A DNA stretch of 64,000 bases from Myxococcales bacterium (GCA_043747615.1 JAYTOU010000051.1:14110-78109); one strand, 5' to 3'. Shown: positions 8,650 through 21,514, counted from the first letter of the stretch. Notes: generated by a model not told the origin, from the letters alone. Program-made: numbers and translations.

Positions 8650-11373
8650 CTAGGGGCAGCGAAGAGCGCCCTTTAGTTTCTTGACGGTCGCGTCGTACGA
8701 GACTCCAGATTCGATCGAGGGCGCCGCGAGCCCTTGGTCGTCCACACCGGAGCACGTCAAGACATAGTCGGAAGGGGACTCACCCGTAGAGAGGTCGAAG
8801 TTGAGGGGCGTCATCGCGCCGACGAGATCGACGTTCTCCCCGCGGCGCAAGGCCTCGACGGCTTCGAAGATGTGAAGCGGTCCCACGTCCAAGGACTTGC
8901 CCGGCGCCACGAGCCGACTCATCGCCCCAGCAAGATCGGGCCCCGTCAGCTTCGCGTCCGACGCCAACACGGCATACGAAAGCAGGTACATGGCGTCGTA
9001 CGTTCCAGCCGGCGTTCCGTTCAAGTCCACCCTGTCCGAGAACGTCTCGTTGAACCGGGTTCGCAGCTGGGCGTTTGCCGCTGTGGCGGAGGGGGTCTCG
9101 AGACCGAAAAAACGAGACCGACGCTCTTTGCTCCCGCTAAGCAAGACCATGACGTCGTTCGCTTCGCCGACCCCCCCAAGGCCCGGAAATAGGTTGTACG
9201 GCTTGAAGGACTCACCGCGGGGCCATCTTGCCTCGAGAGGCGCCAAGATGGGTTTCGTCAGCGCGTCGTTGACGCACAGAATGATGTGGGGCCGAAACTT
9301 CAGGAGCTGGTCGACGATCTGACGCTGCTCTCCATCGCCTGACGATTCTTTCACCACGAGCTCACGAAAGTTGGCGTCGTTCTCGAGCACGGTCTTTCCG
9401 TTAAAGTGCACGCGTTCGAAGAAAGACCCGGCGAAGCTCTGGCCGCTGGCGTCGCCGCTACGAAGAAGAGCGAGCCGAATGGGCGAATCGGCGCCGACCG
9501 AAGGAAGGGCACGAAGGCGCGGCTCCAAGAAGTCGCCGATGACGACGCCAATGGGCGACGCAACATCCGCGGTGCTGATCGCCGTGCGCCAGACGAGACG
9601 CGGAATCCCCGCCGGATGCGGAATCGCCGTGATCAGCGCGCTCACGTTCACGGACGGGATCATCAGAACGCGCTTGGGAATGAAGACCGACGTGGCGAGG
9701 TCGATGACCTCCTGGCTCGACGCGAAGCCGATGACCGCAGGAACGCGGACATCATCGACGAGGTGATGCGCGATGCCAATCCGCAGATTGTCCTTCGAGT
9801 CGTCGCAGGCGACGATGGCTAGAGGCCGGGGAGGCGCATCACCCGTGAGCGGCGGAATCCCATGGGTCATCTGGACGAAATCGCGGCGAACGAGGTCGAC
9901 GGCGCGAAGCGAGTTGATGCCGCCGGCCGCTGCTTGAGGCCCGGTCGTCGGGAACATCGCGCCGATCCAGATCGTCCGGTCGTTCTCCACGTCCCCCGGC
10001 TCGGCCATCACCTTGCAGTCGGCGCTTTCCAACGCTGCGCACTTCCAGTCGTCTTTTCGGCAAATCCAGGCCGCATTTGCATGGGAATGCATGCACTCTG
10101 CATTCGTCGTGCATTCCTTGATGACCGCAGCCGCGCTCGCGCTCGTTGGCGGCGCCGCGCCGTGGGACTTCGTTCGGTTGGAAGCAACAGCCACCGCCGC
10201 GCTGGCCGCGAGTGCTGCACCGATCGCTAGGAGCGCGGTTCTCTTCAAGCTCGTGGTGCTCGCGCGCACGCGCCTCGACTCGGTGGTCGTCGACCCCACC
10301 GACTTCGTGTTCTCGAGCACCGGTTCCCCGGCAGTCTCACCGAGGCGCGGGAGATCGACCCCCGTGCGCGCAGCCGTCGCCTCCTTCTTCATCTCGGCTT
10401 CGATTTCAGCCTTCGCTGCCGCGCGCTGCACGGAGAAGAGCGCGGTCATCGTCTTCGCGAGCTCGCGCTGGCTGCTGCGGAAGCCCTTGCGAATCCCCGT
10501 CGCTTCGAGGTGCTCCTCGAGTGCGGTCTGGAAATCAGCGGCACTCGCGAAGCGGTCGTTCGGATCGATCGCGAGCGCACGCATGCAGATGGCCTCGAGG
10601 TCGGCGGGCACGTCTGCATGAACGCTGCGAGGCGAGGGGATGGCCTGCGTTTGCAGGCGCATGAAGATCTCGAAATCCGTGAGGTCTCCCCACAAACGCG
10701 TTCCGGTGATCGCCTGCCATAGCATCACGCCGACCGCGAAAATATCCGCGCGATGATCCACTCCCTTTCGCGTGGACTGCTCCGGGGCCATGTACGTGGC
10801 CTTGCCCTTCACCGCGCCGGTCTGCGTTTCGCTCGACGAATCAGCCGCTTTGGCGATCCCGAAGTCGAGCACCTTCACGTTTCCGTCGTAGGTCACGAAG
10901 ACGTTGTGCGGCGACACATCGCGGTGGACGACCTTGAGCGGCTTGCCCTCGAGGTCGGTCGATTCGTGCGCGTAGTGGAGACCACCGAGGGTCTGGGTGA
11001 GGATCCACAGAGCGAGCGACAGCGGCAGTCCGCCCGTCTCGGCGGCCTTGCGGGTAAGGGCTTCGTACGATTGCCCTTCGAGGTATTCCATCTCGAGGAA
11101 GTAGTGCTTGCCGTCGAAGCCAACCTCGTTCGTCTGGACGATGTTCGGATGAAGGAGGCGCGCCGAGGTCCGGGCCTCGTCGAGAAACATCTGGAGCGCC
11201 CGCTTGTCGGAGGCGAAATCCGGCCGCAGACGCTTGATCACCTTGAGCTTGGCGAAGCCCGCGGGGCCCTGCGCCACCGCGAGGTAGACGATGCCCATGC
11301 CGCCTCTGCCGAGCTCGAGAAGAAGGCGGACGCTCGACGCGGAGCGTCTCTGAATTTCGGCGGGGTCGTCCAA
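8650..11373 (-). CDS. Ser/Thr kinase fused via a TM helix to a periplasmic-binding-protein (type I/LIV-like) domain
   Basis: GRGGMG, HRDVSPHN, DFG, YMAPE; TM ALLAIGAALAASAAVAVA; then IGAMFPTTG, IVACDD, AVIGFASS, TYDAMYLL. Confidence 0.9.
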   Translation of the reverse strand: MDDPAEIQRRSASSVRLLLELGRGGMGIVYLAVAQGPAGFAKLKVIKRLRPDFASDKRALQMFLDEARTSARLLHPNIVQTNEVGFDGKHYFLEMEYLEGQSYEALTRKAAETGGLPLSLALWILTQTLGGLHYAHESTDLEGKPLKVVHRDVSPHNVFVTYDGNVKVLDFGIAKAADSSSETQTGAVKGKATYMAPEQSTRKGVDHRADIFAVGVMLWQAITGTRLWGDLTDFEIFMRLQTQAIPSPRSVHADVPADLEAICMRALAIDPNDRFASAADFQTALEEHLEATGIRKGFRSSQRELAKTMTALFSVQRAAAKAEIEAEMKKEATAARTGVDLPRLGETAGEPVLENTKSVGSTTTESRRVRASTTSLKRTALLAIGAALAASAAVAVASNRTKSHGAAPPTSASAAAVIKECTTNAECMHSHANAAWICRKDDWKCAALESADCKVMAEPGDVENDRTIWIGAMFPTTGPQAAAGGINSLRAVDLVRRDFVQMTHGIPPLTGDAPPRPLAIVACDDSKDNLRIGIAHHLVDDVRVPAVIGFASSQEVIDLATSVFIPKRVLMIPSVNVSALITAIPHPAGIPRLVWRTAISTADVASPIGVVIGDFLEPRLRALPSVGADSPIRLALLRSGDASGQSFAGSFFERVHFNGKTVLENDANFRELVVKESSGDGEQRQIVDQLLKFRPHIILCVNDALTKPILAPLEARWPRGESFKPYNLFPGLGGVGEANDVMVLLSGSKERRSRFFGLETPSATAANAQLRTRFNETFSDRVDLNGTPAGTYDAMYLLSYAVLASDAKLTGPDLAGAMSRLVAPGKSLDVGPLHIFEAVEALRRGENVDLVGAMTPLNFDLSTGESPSDYVLTCSGVDDQGLAAPSIESGVSYDATVKKLKGALRCP

Positions 11374-11467
11374 GCGCTCACCCTATCGTAATCGGTAGCC
11401 GTCTACGACTCCACCTCTTCAAAGCGCGCGGCTCGACGCTGTTCGCCCGGCGCGGTAAGGCCGTTTC

Positions 11468-11642
11468 ATGTCGCTCGCTCACTACGTCACGCTCGGTCAC
11501 TCGGGACGTCCTCGACCGCTACATCGACCGCGGCGGCAATTTTCTCGACACGGCGAACGGCTATACCAAAGGCCACTCCGAGGCGATCATCGGCGAGCGC
11601 CTCGCCCGCGATCCCCAGAAACGAGACCGCGTCGTCATCGCT
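11468..11642 (+). pseudogene. Aldo/keto reductase relic
   Basis: MSLAHYVTLGHSG jumps (frameshifting deletion) to DVLDRYIDRGGNFLDTANGYTKGHSEAIIGE...RDRVVIA; the rest of the gene is absent. Confidence 0.75.
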
Positions 11643-12015
11643 AGAGCGTCCCGATGGCCGCGCGCCGCCCGTCGCACGTGGACCGTTACGATCATGGTCG
11701 CGTCCTCTCCGCTTTTCGTGGAGCCAACGTTGCGTGTGCTCTTGTGATTTCGATTGAAGCGAGATCCAGGGCGGTGCGCGGACGGCCCCTGGATGGGGGA
11801 TTCTTGCGCAAGCAAATGCACGCGCAATTCTCGGTAAAAGCACGCTGTGTTTCTTCGGTCTCGTTCGTCAGTACGCCTGCAACAACCACGCGCTCTCCGT
11901 CGACATGCACTGCGCGCGCGGTTGTCGGGTGGAGCCGGCGGGCGTCAACGATCGCTGCGACTGAGCGAAGCCATCGAGCGCTTCACCACCGGCCGGGCTT
12001 CGCCGATTGGCTTCG

Positions 12016-12444
12016 TCAGCCAGCCTTGACGCTGGCCTTCAGCGAGATCGTCGTCCCGGCGAGCGCTTTTGAAACAGGACAACCTTTCTTCGTTGCCTCC
12101 GCGATCTCCCGAAAGCGCGCCGCGTCAACGCCCGCGACCGTGGCCTCGGTCGTCAGCTCGATGGTCGTGATCGCGAAACCGTCACCCGCTTTGTCGAGGC
12201 GCACGTCGGCCGACGTGTGAACGCTCTTTGGCTTGAGACCGGCCTGTTCCAGAGCCATCGTCAGCGCCATCGAGAAGCAGCCCGACAGCGCCGCTCCGAT
12301 GAGCTCTTCAGGGTTGCTGTGTGGTTGGCCCTCGAACCGTGACCCGAGCGAGAACGCAGCTTCCGATGCATGGGCGGGCTTCATCGAGCCCTTGCCGTCC
12401 TTCAGTCCGCCGTCCCACTGCGCGCTGCCTTTGCTGATGCCCAT
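12016..12444 (-). CDS. osmC: OsmC family peroxiredoxin
   Basis: MGISKGSAQWDGGLKDGKG, NPEELIGAALSGCFSMAL, CPVSKAL; AGGAG upstream of ATG 12444. Confidence 0.92.
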   Translation of the reverse strand: MGISKGSAQWDGGLKDGKGSMKPAHASEAAFSLGSRFEGQPHSNPEELIGAALSGCFSMALTMALEQAGLKPKSVHTSADVRLDKAGDGFAITTIELTTEATVAGVDAARFREIAEATKKGCPVSKALAGTTISLKASVKAG

Positions 12445-12459
12445 GGTTTTTGCTCCTGA

Positions 12460-12493
12460 CGTTTGGATGATGCGTTTGGATGATGCGTTTGGA
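12460..12493. repeat. 13-bp direct repeat (CGTTTGGATGATG x2.6) just upstream of the osmC RBS
   Basis: Copies at 12460-12472, 12473-12485 and a partial copy at 12486-12493. Confidence 0.8.
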
Positions 12494-12665
12494 GGACGGT
12501 GACTTCGCGCCGCTGCGTTGGTCCGCGGCGCTCCGCTCTCGTGACGCCTGTCTATGTGACGACGTCTCTGTTCTGACAAGCTCCGCCGCATCCCTTTGAG
12601 TACGCTCGCGGTAGGATCAGATCGCTGGCGTCATGCTCACGCTTGGGGTGTCGCCGCTCTGACAG

Positions 12666-13601
12666 CTAGTCGGCGAGCGATGGCCTGCGGCGCTGTCCCG
12701 GATAGGCTTCACGCAGCGCAGTCGCGACGGCCTGCAGCGTCGGCTCGACGGACGAGTGCTTGCGCCAGATCAAGGCGATCGTCCGGTGCGCGCCGTGGCC
12801 TCCGAGCGGTCGCACGTGAAGTCGCGCGCGTCGCGTTTCGGCGTCTACCGCTAGCGCGGGGATGACGGTGATGCCTGCTCCTCCCGCCACCATCTGCACC
12901 AGCGTCGAGAGGCTCGTCGCCCGAAATTCGCCCTCGCGCACGCGCGCCGTGCTGCACGCTTCCAGCGCCTGGTCACGAAAGCAGTGCCCTTCGTCGAGGA
13001 GCAGCAGTTCCTCGCCGCGCAATTCTGCCTGCGCGACGGGCGTCTTTTTCGCTGCGAGGGCGTGCCCCCGCGGCATCACGACCACGAACGCGTCCTTCGC
13101 GATCACTTCCCGCACGACATCGCCGACGTCGGCTTCCAGCGCAAGAACGGCGCCCTCCAGGTCTCCATCGCGCAACTTGTGGACGAGCACGTCGGTCTTT
13201 TCCTCGACCCACGCTATGCGCAGGCGCGGCATTTTCTTGCGGAGTGCCGGCGTCGTTGAAGGGAGCAAATACGGGGAGATCGTCGGGATGATGCCGAGAC
13301 GAATCGTGCCCGACAGCGGATCGCTGATCCGGTGCGTGGCATGAACGATCTCGTCGGCTTCGAGGATGAGCCGACGTGCTCTGTCGACGACGTCGCGGCC
13401 CGCCGCGGTGACCAGCACCTTCCGGTGGCTCCGCTCGAAGAGGCTGACACCGAGCGCGGTCTCCACCTGGGCGAGCTGTGTGCTGAGTGTGGGTTGCGAG
13501 ACGTGACAACGCGCCGCCGCGCGGTGAAAAGAAAGCTCGTCAGCGACCGCGACCACGTACTGCAGCTGCCGAAGCGTGAAGGAGTGGGGTGCCCCGCTCA
13601 T
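12666..13601 (-). CDS. oxyR: LysR-type hydrogen-peroxide-inducible genes activator
   Basis: LysR HTH (CHVSQPTLS), GIIPTISPYLLP, both redox cysteines in EGHCFRDQALEAC, ATSLSTLVQMVAGG; divergent from katG. Confidence 0.9.
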   Translation of the reverse strand: MSGAPHSFTLRQLQYVVAVADELSFHRAAARCHVSQPTLSTQLAQVETALGVSLFERSHRKVLVTAAGRDVVDRARRLILEADEIVHATHRISDPLSGTIRLGIIPTISPYLLPSTTPALRKKMPRLRIAWVEEKTDVLVHKLRDGDLEGAVLALEADVGDVVREVIAKDAFVVVMPRGHALAAKKTPVAQAELRGEELLLLDEGHCFRDQALEACSTARVREGEFRATSLSTLVQMVAGGAGITVIPALAVDAETRRARLHVRPLGGHGAHRTIALIWRKHSSVEPTLQAVATALREAYPGQRRRPSLAD

Positions 13602-13626
13602 GGCGTGTGTCTCCTGGGGATCATTG

Positions 13627-13663
13627 ATAGTACTACGCTATCGACAGCATCGAATCAATCGAT
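13627..13663. promoter_or_regulatory. OxyR binding site
   Basis: ATAG-N7-CTAT-N7-ATCG-N7-CGAT matches the ATAG-N7-CTAT-N7-ATAG-N7-CTAT consensus; lies between oxyR and katG. Confidence 0.88.
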
Positions 13664-13710
13664 TGGCTGACTCAGCCGGCGCGCCGTATCTTGAGCTTCA
13701 GCCGCGTTAG

Positions 13711-15972
<2,262 letters not shown>

Positions 15973-15994
15973 CGAGAGACTTCACCCCCCATCG

Positions 15995-17146
15995 TCACCA
16001 GCCCATCACGCGTCGGATCTCCGCCGCGAGGCTAGCGCCCATGAGCGCGTCGCTGGTGACGTTGGGGTGGCCGTCGCAGCCGCTCCCATTCTGCCCGGTC
16101 AACGCGAAGGCCTCGACCTTTGCATCGCCCGCCGTGTGGGTCGTCGAGACGACCAGCGCGATGTCGTTCCTCACGGCGGCCGTCGCATCGATGCAAAGGA
16201 TCCACGCGCTCGGGTAGTGGCTCCGAACACGCCGGATGAAGGCGACGTACGCATCGATGTACGGCTGGCCAGGATCTCCCTGAGTCGACGAGTCGTTCGT
16301 TCCAAGATTGATGACGACGAGATCGGGGATGAACAGCGAGAAATTCCAAGGCGTTGCCGCAGTCGGTAGCGCGTCATCGTAATAGTAGGGAAGAGGTTTG
16401 GCGGCCGCGCCGACGTCGCCGTAGTTTCGATACATTCCGAGACCAGACCAAGCGACGGTGGACAGCTCGGCTCCAACGCTGCGCGCGGCGACCGACCCGT
16501 AGGCGAGGTAGTTGTTTTCGGTGTCGTTGCTGTAGCTGCAGCCCGGCGCCCCCTCGTTGCCGTAGCCAACCGTGATCGAGTCGCCGATGATCTCGATGCG
16601 CCGAGAAAGCGGCGCGGGCGGCGCCAAGAGCGCCCCCGAGGGACCGAAGATCAGGCCGTAGAACTCGCTGAGACCGACCGTGGACTCCGATCGCCTCCAG
16701 ACCTCGAGCTCGTGCGTGCCGCTCGAGAGACCCGACGCGAGCGGGTAGGTTTTTCGCCCCGACGTGGCGACGATCTTCGGGTGCTCCGTGCCGTCTACGA
16801 AGACGGCGAACTCGGTGGCATTCGAGTCGCTCAAATCCATGGCCACGCTGCCGCCGGTGAAGTTGGCGTGAAGGCTCACCCCGGGCCACTCGAAGCGCGT
16901 CCCTGCGTCAGTTCTGTCGACGCGGCCGACGAAACGAACGCTGGGAGCTGCGGGCGCCCCATCGACCGTTGCGTCCACCCCGCTACCGTCCGTGCCTTCG
17001 CTGCCATCCCGAGGCGCGCCCCCGTCGCTGCCTCCGCTTGGGTCCGTCGGCGAGCCCTCCGCAGCGGAGCCGCAGGCGTTGAGCACGAGGAGCGCGGCCA
17101 CGAGGAGGGAGCGGCATCGAGAGCCGCGGAAGGTTCGCAGGTGCAC
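15995..17146 (-). CDS. SGNH/GDSL esterase lipoprotein (CE2-like acetylxylan esterase architecture)
   Basis: Lipobox LNAC; beta-domain RFVGR..FEWPG; IGDSITVGYG, NLGTND, DGHP. Confidence 0.85.
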   Translation of the reverse strand: MHLRTFRGSRCRSLLVAALLVLNACGSAAEGSPTDPSGGSDGGAPRDGSEGTDGSGVDATVDGAPAAPSVRFVGRVDRTDAGTRFEWPGVSLHANFTGGSVAMDLSDSNATEFAVFVDGTEHPKIVATSGRKTYPLASGLSSGTHELEVWRRSESTVGLSEFYGLIFGPSGALLAPPAPLSRRIEIIGDSITVGYGNEGAPGCSYSNDTENNYLAYGSVAARSVGAELSTVAWSGLGMYRNYGDVGAAAKPLPYYYDDALPTAATPWNFSLFIPDLVVINLGTNDSSTQGDPGQPYIDAYVAFIRRVRSHYPSAWILCIDATAAVRNDIALVVSTTHTAGDAKVEAFALTGQNGSGCDGHPNVTSDALMGASLAAEIRRVMGW

Positions 17147-17190
17147 ACCTCGAGCTTACGCGCGCAGCGGAGACTCGGGTACCTTGACGA

Positions 17191-17211
17191 TAGTGGACGG
17201 AGCGTCCATTA
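17191..17211. promoter_or_regulatory. Palindromic operator, probably for the downstream TetR regulator
   Basis: TAgTGGACG-GAG-CGTCCAtTA lies directly after TTGACG (17184-17189) and before the RND start. Confidence 0.65.
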
Positions 17212-17220
17212 ACTAAACCC

Positions 17221-20200
17221 GTGTGGATCGTCCGCCTCGCGCTAAGGCGCCCTTACACCTTTATCGTCATTGCCCTCGTGATGATGGCGACGGGCTTTCA
17301 GGTGGTGCGCAAGACGCCTACCGACATCTTTCCGTCCATTGACATCCCGGTCATCAGCGTCGTCTGGACGTACACGGGGCTCCCCGCGCAGCAGATGGAG
17401 CGGCAAATCACGCAGTTCAGCGAGTACGCGCTTTCCGGCAACGTCAACGACATCAAGTCGATGGAGAGTCAGAGCTTCGATGGCGTCTCCATCATCAAGG
17501 TGTACCTCCAGCCGAGCGCAGACGTCGCGTCCTCGATGGCGGCGGTCACGGCCATATCTCAGACCATCCTCCGGCGCATGCCACCGGGTACACAGCCGCC
17601 CATCATCGTTCGCTACAGCGCATCGAGCGTGCCCATTTTGCAGCTCGCTTTTCGTAGCGAGACGCTGAGCGAGGCGGAGATCTACGATCACGTGAATCAG
17701 CGCGTGCGGACGGCTCTCTCGGTTGTGCAAGGGACGCGCTTTCCCTTGCCCTCGGGCGGACGCGCGAGGCAGGTGAGCGTCGACTTGGACCTTGATGCAC
17801 TCCGCGCGCAGGGCCTCTCGCCGAACGACGTGAACCTCGCCGTGACGGCGCAGAACCTCACGCTACCGACGGGCAGCGCGAAGTTCTTCGATCGCGAGTA
17901 CCGCGTGAGCTTGAATAGCAGCCCCGAGGCCATCTCGGCGCTCAACGAGATCCCCATCCGCAAGGCCGACGGCAGCATCGTCTACGTGCGTGACGTTGCA
18001 CACGTGCACGACGGCTTCGCGGTGCAGACGAACGTCGCTCGCCTGGACGGCACGCGGGGCGTCGTACTCAGCGTGATGAAGACAGGCGACGCGTCTACGA
18101 CGGAGGTAGCCCGCCGCGTCAAGGACATGATCCCGATGATCCGCGCGGCCGCGCCCAAGGGCCTCGAGGTGGAGCTGCTCGCCGACCAGTCCATCTTCGT
18201 CACGCGCGCAATCGACGGACTTCTTACGGAAGGCCTCATTGCAGCTGGGCTTACGGCGGCCATGATCCTTCTTTTCCTCGGAAGCTGGCGGAGCACGATC
18301 ATAGTCGCCGTCTCCATTCCGTTGAGCGTCGTAGCCGCGCTCCTCGCCCTTCGCGCTCTTGGGCACACCATCAACGTGATGACGCTCGGTGGGCTCGCGC
18401 TGGCGGTCGGCATCCTCGTCGACGATGCCACCGTCGAGATCGAGAACATCCACCGCAACCTCGCGATGGGAAAGCCTCTTGTCCGCGCCATTCTCGACGG
18501 CGCGCAGGAGATCGCCGTGCCTGCGTTCGTGGCGTCCCTCTCCATCTCGATCGTGTTCGTGAGCGTCGTCTTTCTCGACGGGCCTGCGCGATACATGTTC
18601 TTGCCGATGGGCGAAGCGGTGGGGTTCTCCGTCATGGCGTCGTATCTTCTGTCGCGGACGGTCGTGCCGACGATGGTCCTTTATCTGCTCCGCTCGGAGA
18701 AGCACGGCGCGCCGAATCGTTTTCATGCCGCTTTCGAGCGTGGCTTCGAGGGTCTGCGCTCGAAGTACGTTGCGATCCTGGGGGTCGTGCTTCAGCGAAG
18801 GCGTGTCGTGTTCGTCGCCTTCGCAGGCGCCCTGCTCGTCGCGGCGGCGACCGTTCCGTTCGTGGGGCGCGACTTTTTTCCCGCTGTCGACGGCGGGCAA
18901 ATCCGTTTGCACGTGACGGCGCCGCCGGGGACGCGGATCGAGGAGACGGAGAAATATTTCACGCGCGTGGAGGACACCCTTCGCGAGCTCGTCCCGGGGC
19001 GCGAGAAGATCCTCGACGTCATCGGCTCGCCCGGTGGCTACACGATGGCGACGACGGATACGAGCAACCTAGGCTCCGGCGACGGCGAGATCCTCCTCAC
19101 GCTCAAGCCGAGCCGCGCTAAGAGCACGTTCGACATCGTGAAGGAGCTCCGCCGCGAGCTCCCGAAGCGTTTTCCCGAGCTCGGATTTTATTTCCAGCCG
19201 GCCGACATCGTCACGCAGATCCTCAATTTCGGACTTCCTTCGCCCATCGACATCCAGATCTCCGGGATGCGCCAGGACGTGACGTACGCGACTGCGCGAA
19301 AGGTGGAGGCCGAGCTCCGGGCCGTGCCGGGCGCGGTCGACGTGCGGCTCCATCAGATCTTGAATGCGCCGCGCCTCCACATCGAGGTCGATCGGGCGCG
19401 GGCTGCGCAGGCAGGCCTCACGGAGCGTGACGTCGCGAGCAACCTACTCCTTCTCGTCTCGTCGAGCGGGCAGGTGAGCCCGTCGTACTGGACGGAGCCG
19501 TCGACCGGGAACGGATATCCCGTGGCGGTGCAGGTCCCGGAGTGGCGCGTCGATTCGGTCGAGAAGATGACGACCCTCGGAATGACGACGTCTGCAGGCA
19601 ATCAGCTTTTCGGTGACATGGCGACGATCGACCACCGGACGACGCCGATCTTCGTCAGCCACGTGAACATCCAACCCACCTTCGACGTCCGCGCCGACAT
19701 CGAAGACGCCGACCTCGGCAGCGTCGCGTCGCGCCTCGAGAAGATCACGAGCAAGTATGCGAAAGAGCTTCCCCCGGGCGCGTCGATCACGGTTCGCGGA
19801 CAGGTGGAGAGCATGAACGACGCTTTCAAGAACCTCGGTCTCGGGCTCCTCGTCGCGGCGCTCCTCGTCTACGCCATCATGGTCATCAACTTTCAGTCCT
19901 GGGTCGACCCGTTCATCATCATTACTGCGCTCCCCGGGGCTGGCGTCGGGCTCATCATGTCTCTCTTCGTGACGCAGACGACCTTCAGCATTCCGTCCTT
20001 GATGGGCGCCATCATGAGCGTCGGCGTGGCCACCGCGAACTCGATCCTCGTGGTTTCCTTCGCCAACCAGCGGCGTGCGGCGGGGCTCTCGGCGATCGAT
20101 GCCGCGCTCGAAGCGGGAAGGGTGCGCCTTCGCCCGGTCTTGATGACGGCGCTCGCGATGATCATCGGAATGCTCCCGATGTCGCTCGGCCTCAGCGAAG

Positions 20201-20373
20201 GCGGCGAGCAAAACGCGGCGCTCGGGCGTGCGGTCATCGGCGGCCTCTTCGGGTCGACCTTGGCGACGCTCTTCTTCGTCCCGGTGGTGTACAGCGTTCT
20301 GCGCGCGCGAACCCACACGCGCGTCGTCTTGCCCGAGCTCGAAGGCCCGGAGGAGGCCACCCATGCCGTCTGA
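17221..20373 (+). CDS. RND efflux permease (AcrB/AcrD/AcrF superfamily)
   Basis: 1050 aa; DIFPSIDIPV, LAVGILVDDATVEIENI, RLRPVLMT, two large periplasmic loops. Confidence 0.95.
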   Translation: MWIVRLALRRPYTFIVIALVMMATGFQVVRKTPTDIFPSIDIPVISVVWTYTGLPAQQMERQITQFSEYALSGNVNDIKSMESQSFDGVSIIKVYLQPSADVASSMAAVTAISQTILRRMPPGTQPPIIVRYSASSVPILQLAFRSETLSEAEIYDHVNQRVRTALSVVQGTRFPLPSGGRARQVSVDLDLDALRAQGLSPNDVNLAVTAQNLTLPTGSAKFFDREYRVSLNSSPEAISALNEIPIRKADGSIVYVRDVAHVHDGFAVQTNVARLDGTRGVVLSVMKTGDASTTEVARRVKDMIPMIRAAAPKGLEVELLADQSIFVTRAIDGLLTEGLIAAGLTAAMILLFLGSWRSTIIVAVSIPLSVVAALLALRALGHTINVMTLGGLALAVGILVDDATVEIENIHRNLAMGKPLVRAILDGAQEIAVPAFVASLSISIVFVSVVFLDGPARYMFLPMGEAVGFSVMASYLLSRTVVPTMVLYLLRSEKHGAPNRFHAAFERGFEGLRSKYVAILGVVLQRRRVVFVAFAGALLVAAATVPFVGRDFFPAVDGGQIRLHVTAPPGTRIEETEKYFTRVEDTLRELVPGREKILDVIGSPGGYTMATTDTSNLGSGDGEILLTLKPSRAKSTFDIVKELRRELPKRFPELGFYFQPADIVTQILNFGLPSPIDIQISGMRQDVTYATARKVEAELRAVPGAVDVRLHQILNAPRLHIEVDRARAAQAGLTERDVASNLLLLVSSSGQVSPSYWTEPSTGNGYPVAVQVPEWRVDSVEKMTTLGMTTSAGNQLFGDMATIDHRTTPIFVSHVNIQPTFDVRADIEDADLGSVASRLEKITSKYAKELPPGASITVRGQVESMNDAFKNLGLGLLVAALLVYAIMVINFQSWVDPFIIITALPGAGVGLIMSLFVTQTTFSIPSLMGAIMSVGVATANSILVVSFANQRRAAGLSAIDAALEAGRVRLRPVLMTALAMIIGMLPMSLGLSEGGEQNAALGRAVIGGLFGSTLATLFFVPVVYSVLRARTHTRVVLPELEGPEEATHAV

Positions 20374-21514
20374 TCGTCCGCGCCTTGGTCGCTACGTCCT
20401 TGCCGTCTTTTTCGTGCTCGCGCTCCTCATCGGCGTTGGCGCGCTGCCCAAGCTGCATCGAAGGGTCGCGCTTGCCCAGGCGCAGAGCGAGGCAACGGGC
20501 CCGCGACGCGTCATGGTCGGCAAGGTGACGCTAGGCCCCACAAAGGTAGAGATGACGCTCCCCGGCAGCGTGGCGCCGTTCAACGCGACGTCGCTCTACG
20601 CGAAGACGACGGGCTTCGTACGTGCTTACGCGGTCGACATCGGCGATCACGTCAAGGCTGGCGACGTCCTCGCCGTCATCGATGCACCGGAGACGCAACA
20701 GGAGCTCCAGCTCGCGCAAGCGCGGAAGCACGAAGCCGAAGTGAACCTCGACATCAACAAGGTGATGAACGATCGCAGTGACAGGCTCGAGAAGAGCGGC
20801 ATCGTCTCCACGCAAGAAGCGGAGCAGCAGCACGCACGCATGAACTCCGCCGTCGCCGCGCTCGGATCGTCGGGCGCAGAGGTGCGGCGGCTCGGTGCCC
20901 TCATCGGCTATCAGAAGGTGATCGCTCCTTTCGACGGGGTCATCGTGCGGCGCGGCATCGACACCGGCTCGCTCGTGTCTCCAAGCGTGGGCGCGACGGG
21001 TACCGTGCTCTTCGAGATCGCGAAGCTCGACTTGTTGAGGGTGAACGTCGACGTGCCGCAATCCATCGCGCCGTTTGTTCGTGTAGGTAGCGACGTGAGC
21101 ATCTTTTCGCCGAGCGCACCAAAGGCCGTCGTGACCGGCAAAATCGGACGGACGGCGGGCGCGCTCGATCCGCTCACGCGAACGCTGCGTGCCGTGGTCT
21201 ACGTGCCCGGCGGCGGGCCACTCCTTTCGGGAGCGTTCGTCGACGTGAAGATCGTCGTCGAGCGGCCGCTTCCGCCTACCGTCATTCCTGCGAGCGCGCT
21301 CGTCTACCGAAAGGAGGGGACGCGGGTGGCGACTCTCGACGCGCACAACGCCGTCAAATTCGCGAAGATCACCATCGGGCGCGATTTCGGAAAAGAGCTC
21401 GAGGTCGTAGAGGGGGTGAGCGCGGGCGAGACGGTCGTCTTGAATCCGCCCGACGATCTCGCGGATCTTACCGTCGTGGTTCCCGTCGAGGGGAAGAGCG
21501 ATGCGCCGCGTTGA
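20363..21514 (+). CDS. RND periplasmic adaptor (membrane fusion protein)
   Basis: N-terminal TM, VDIGDHVKAGDVLA lipoyl half-motif, APFDGVI, GRDFG; overlaps the permease stop. Confidence 0.92.
   Translation: MPSDRPRLGRYVLAVFFVLALLIGVGALPKLHRRVALAQAQSEATGPRRVMVGKVTLGPTKVEMTLPGSVAPFNATSLYAKTTGFVRAYAVDIGDHVKAGDVLAVIDAPETQQELQLAQARKHEAEVNLDINKVMNDRSDRLEKSGIVSTQEAEQQHARMNSAVAALGSSGAEVRRLGALIGYQKVIAPFDGVIVRRGIDTGSLVSPSVGATGTVLFEIAKLDLLRVNVDVPQSIAPFVRVGSDVSIFSPSAPKAVVTGKIGRTAGALDPLTRTLRAVVYVPGGGPLLSGAFVDVKIVVERPLPPTVIPASALVYRKEGTRVATLDAHNAVKFAKITIGRDFGKELEVVEGVSAGETVVLNPPDDLADLTVVVPVEGKSDAPR

Noticed and set aside
11650..12010. Short ORFs and a hairpin (ATCCAGGG...CCCTGGAT) downstream of osmC
   Set aside because: No recognisable protein or RNA family, and the hairpin has no U-tract.
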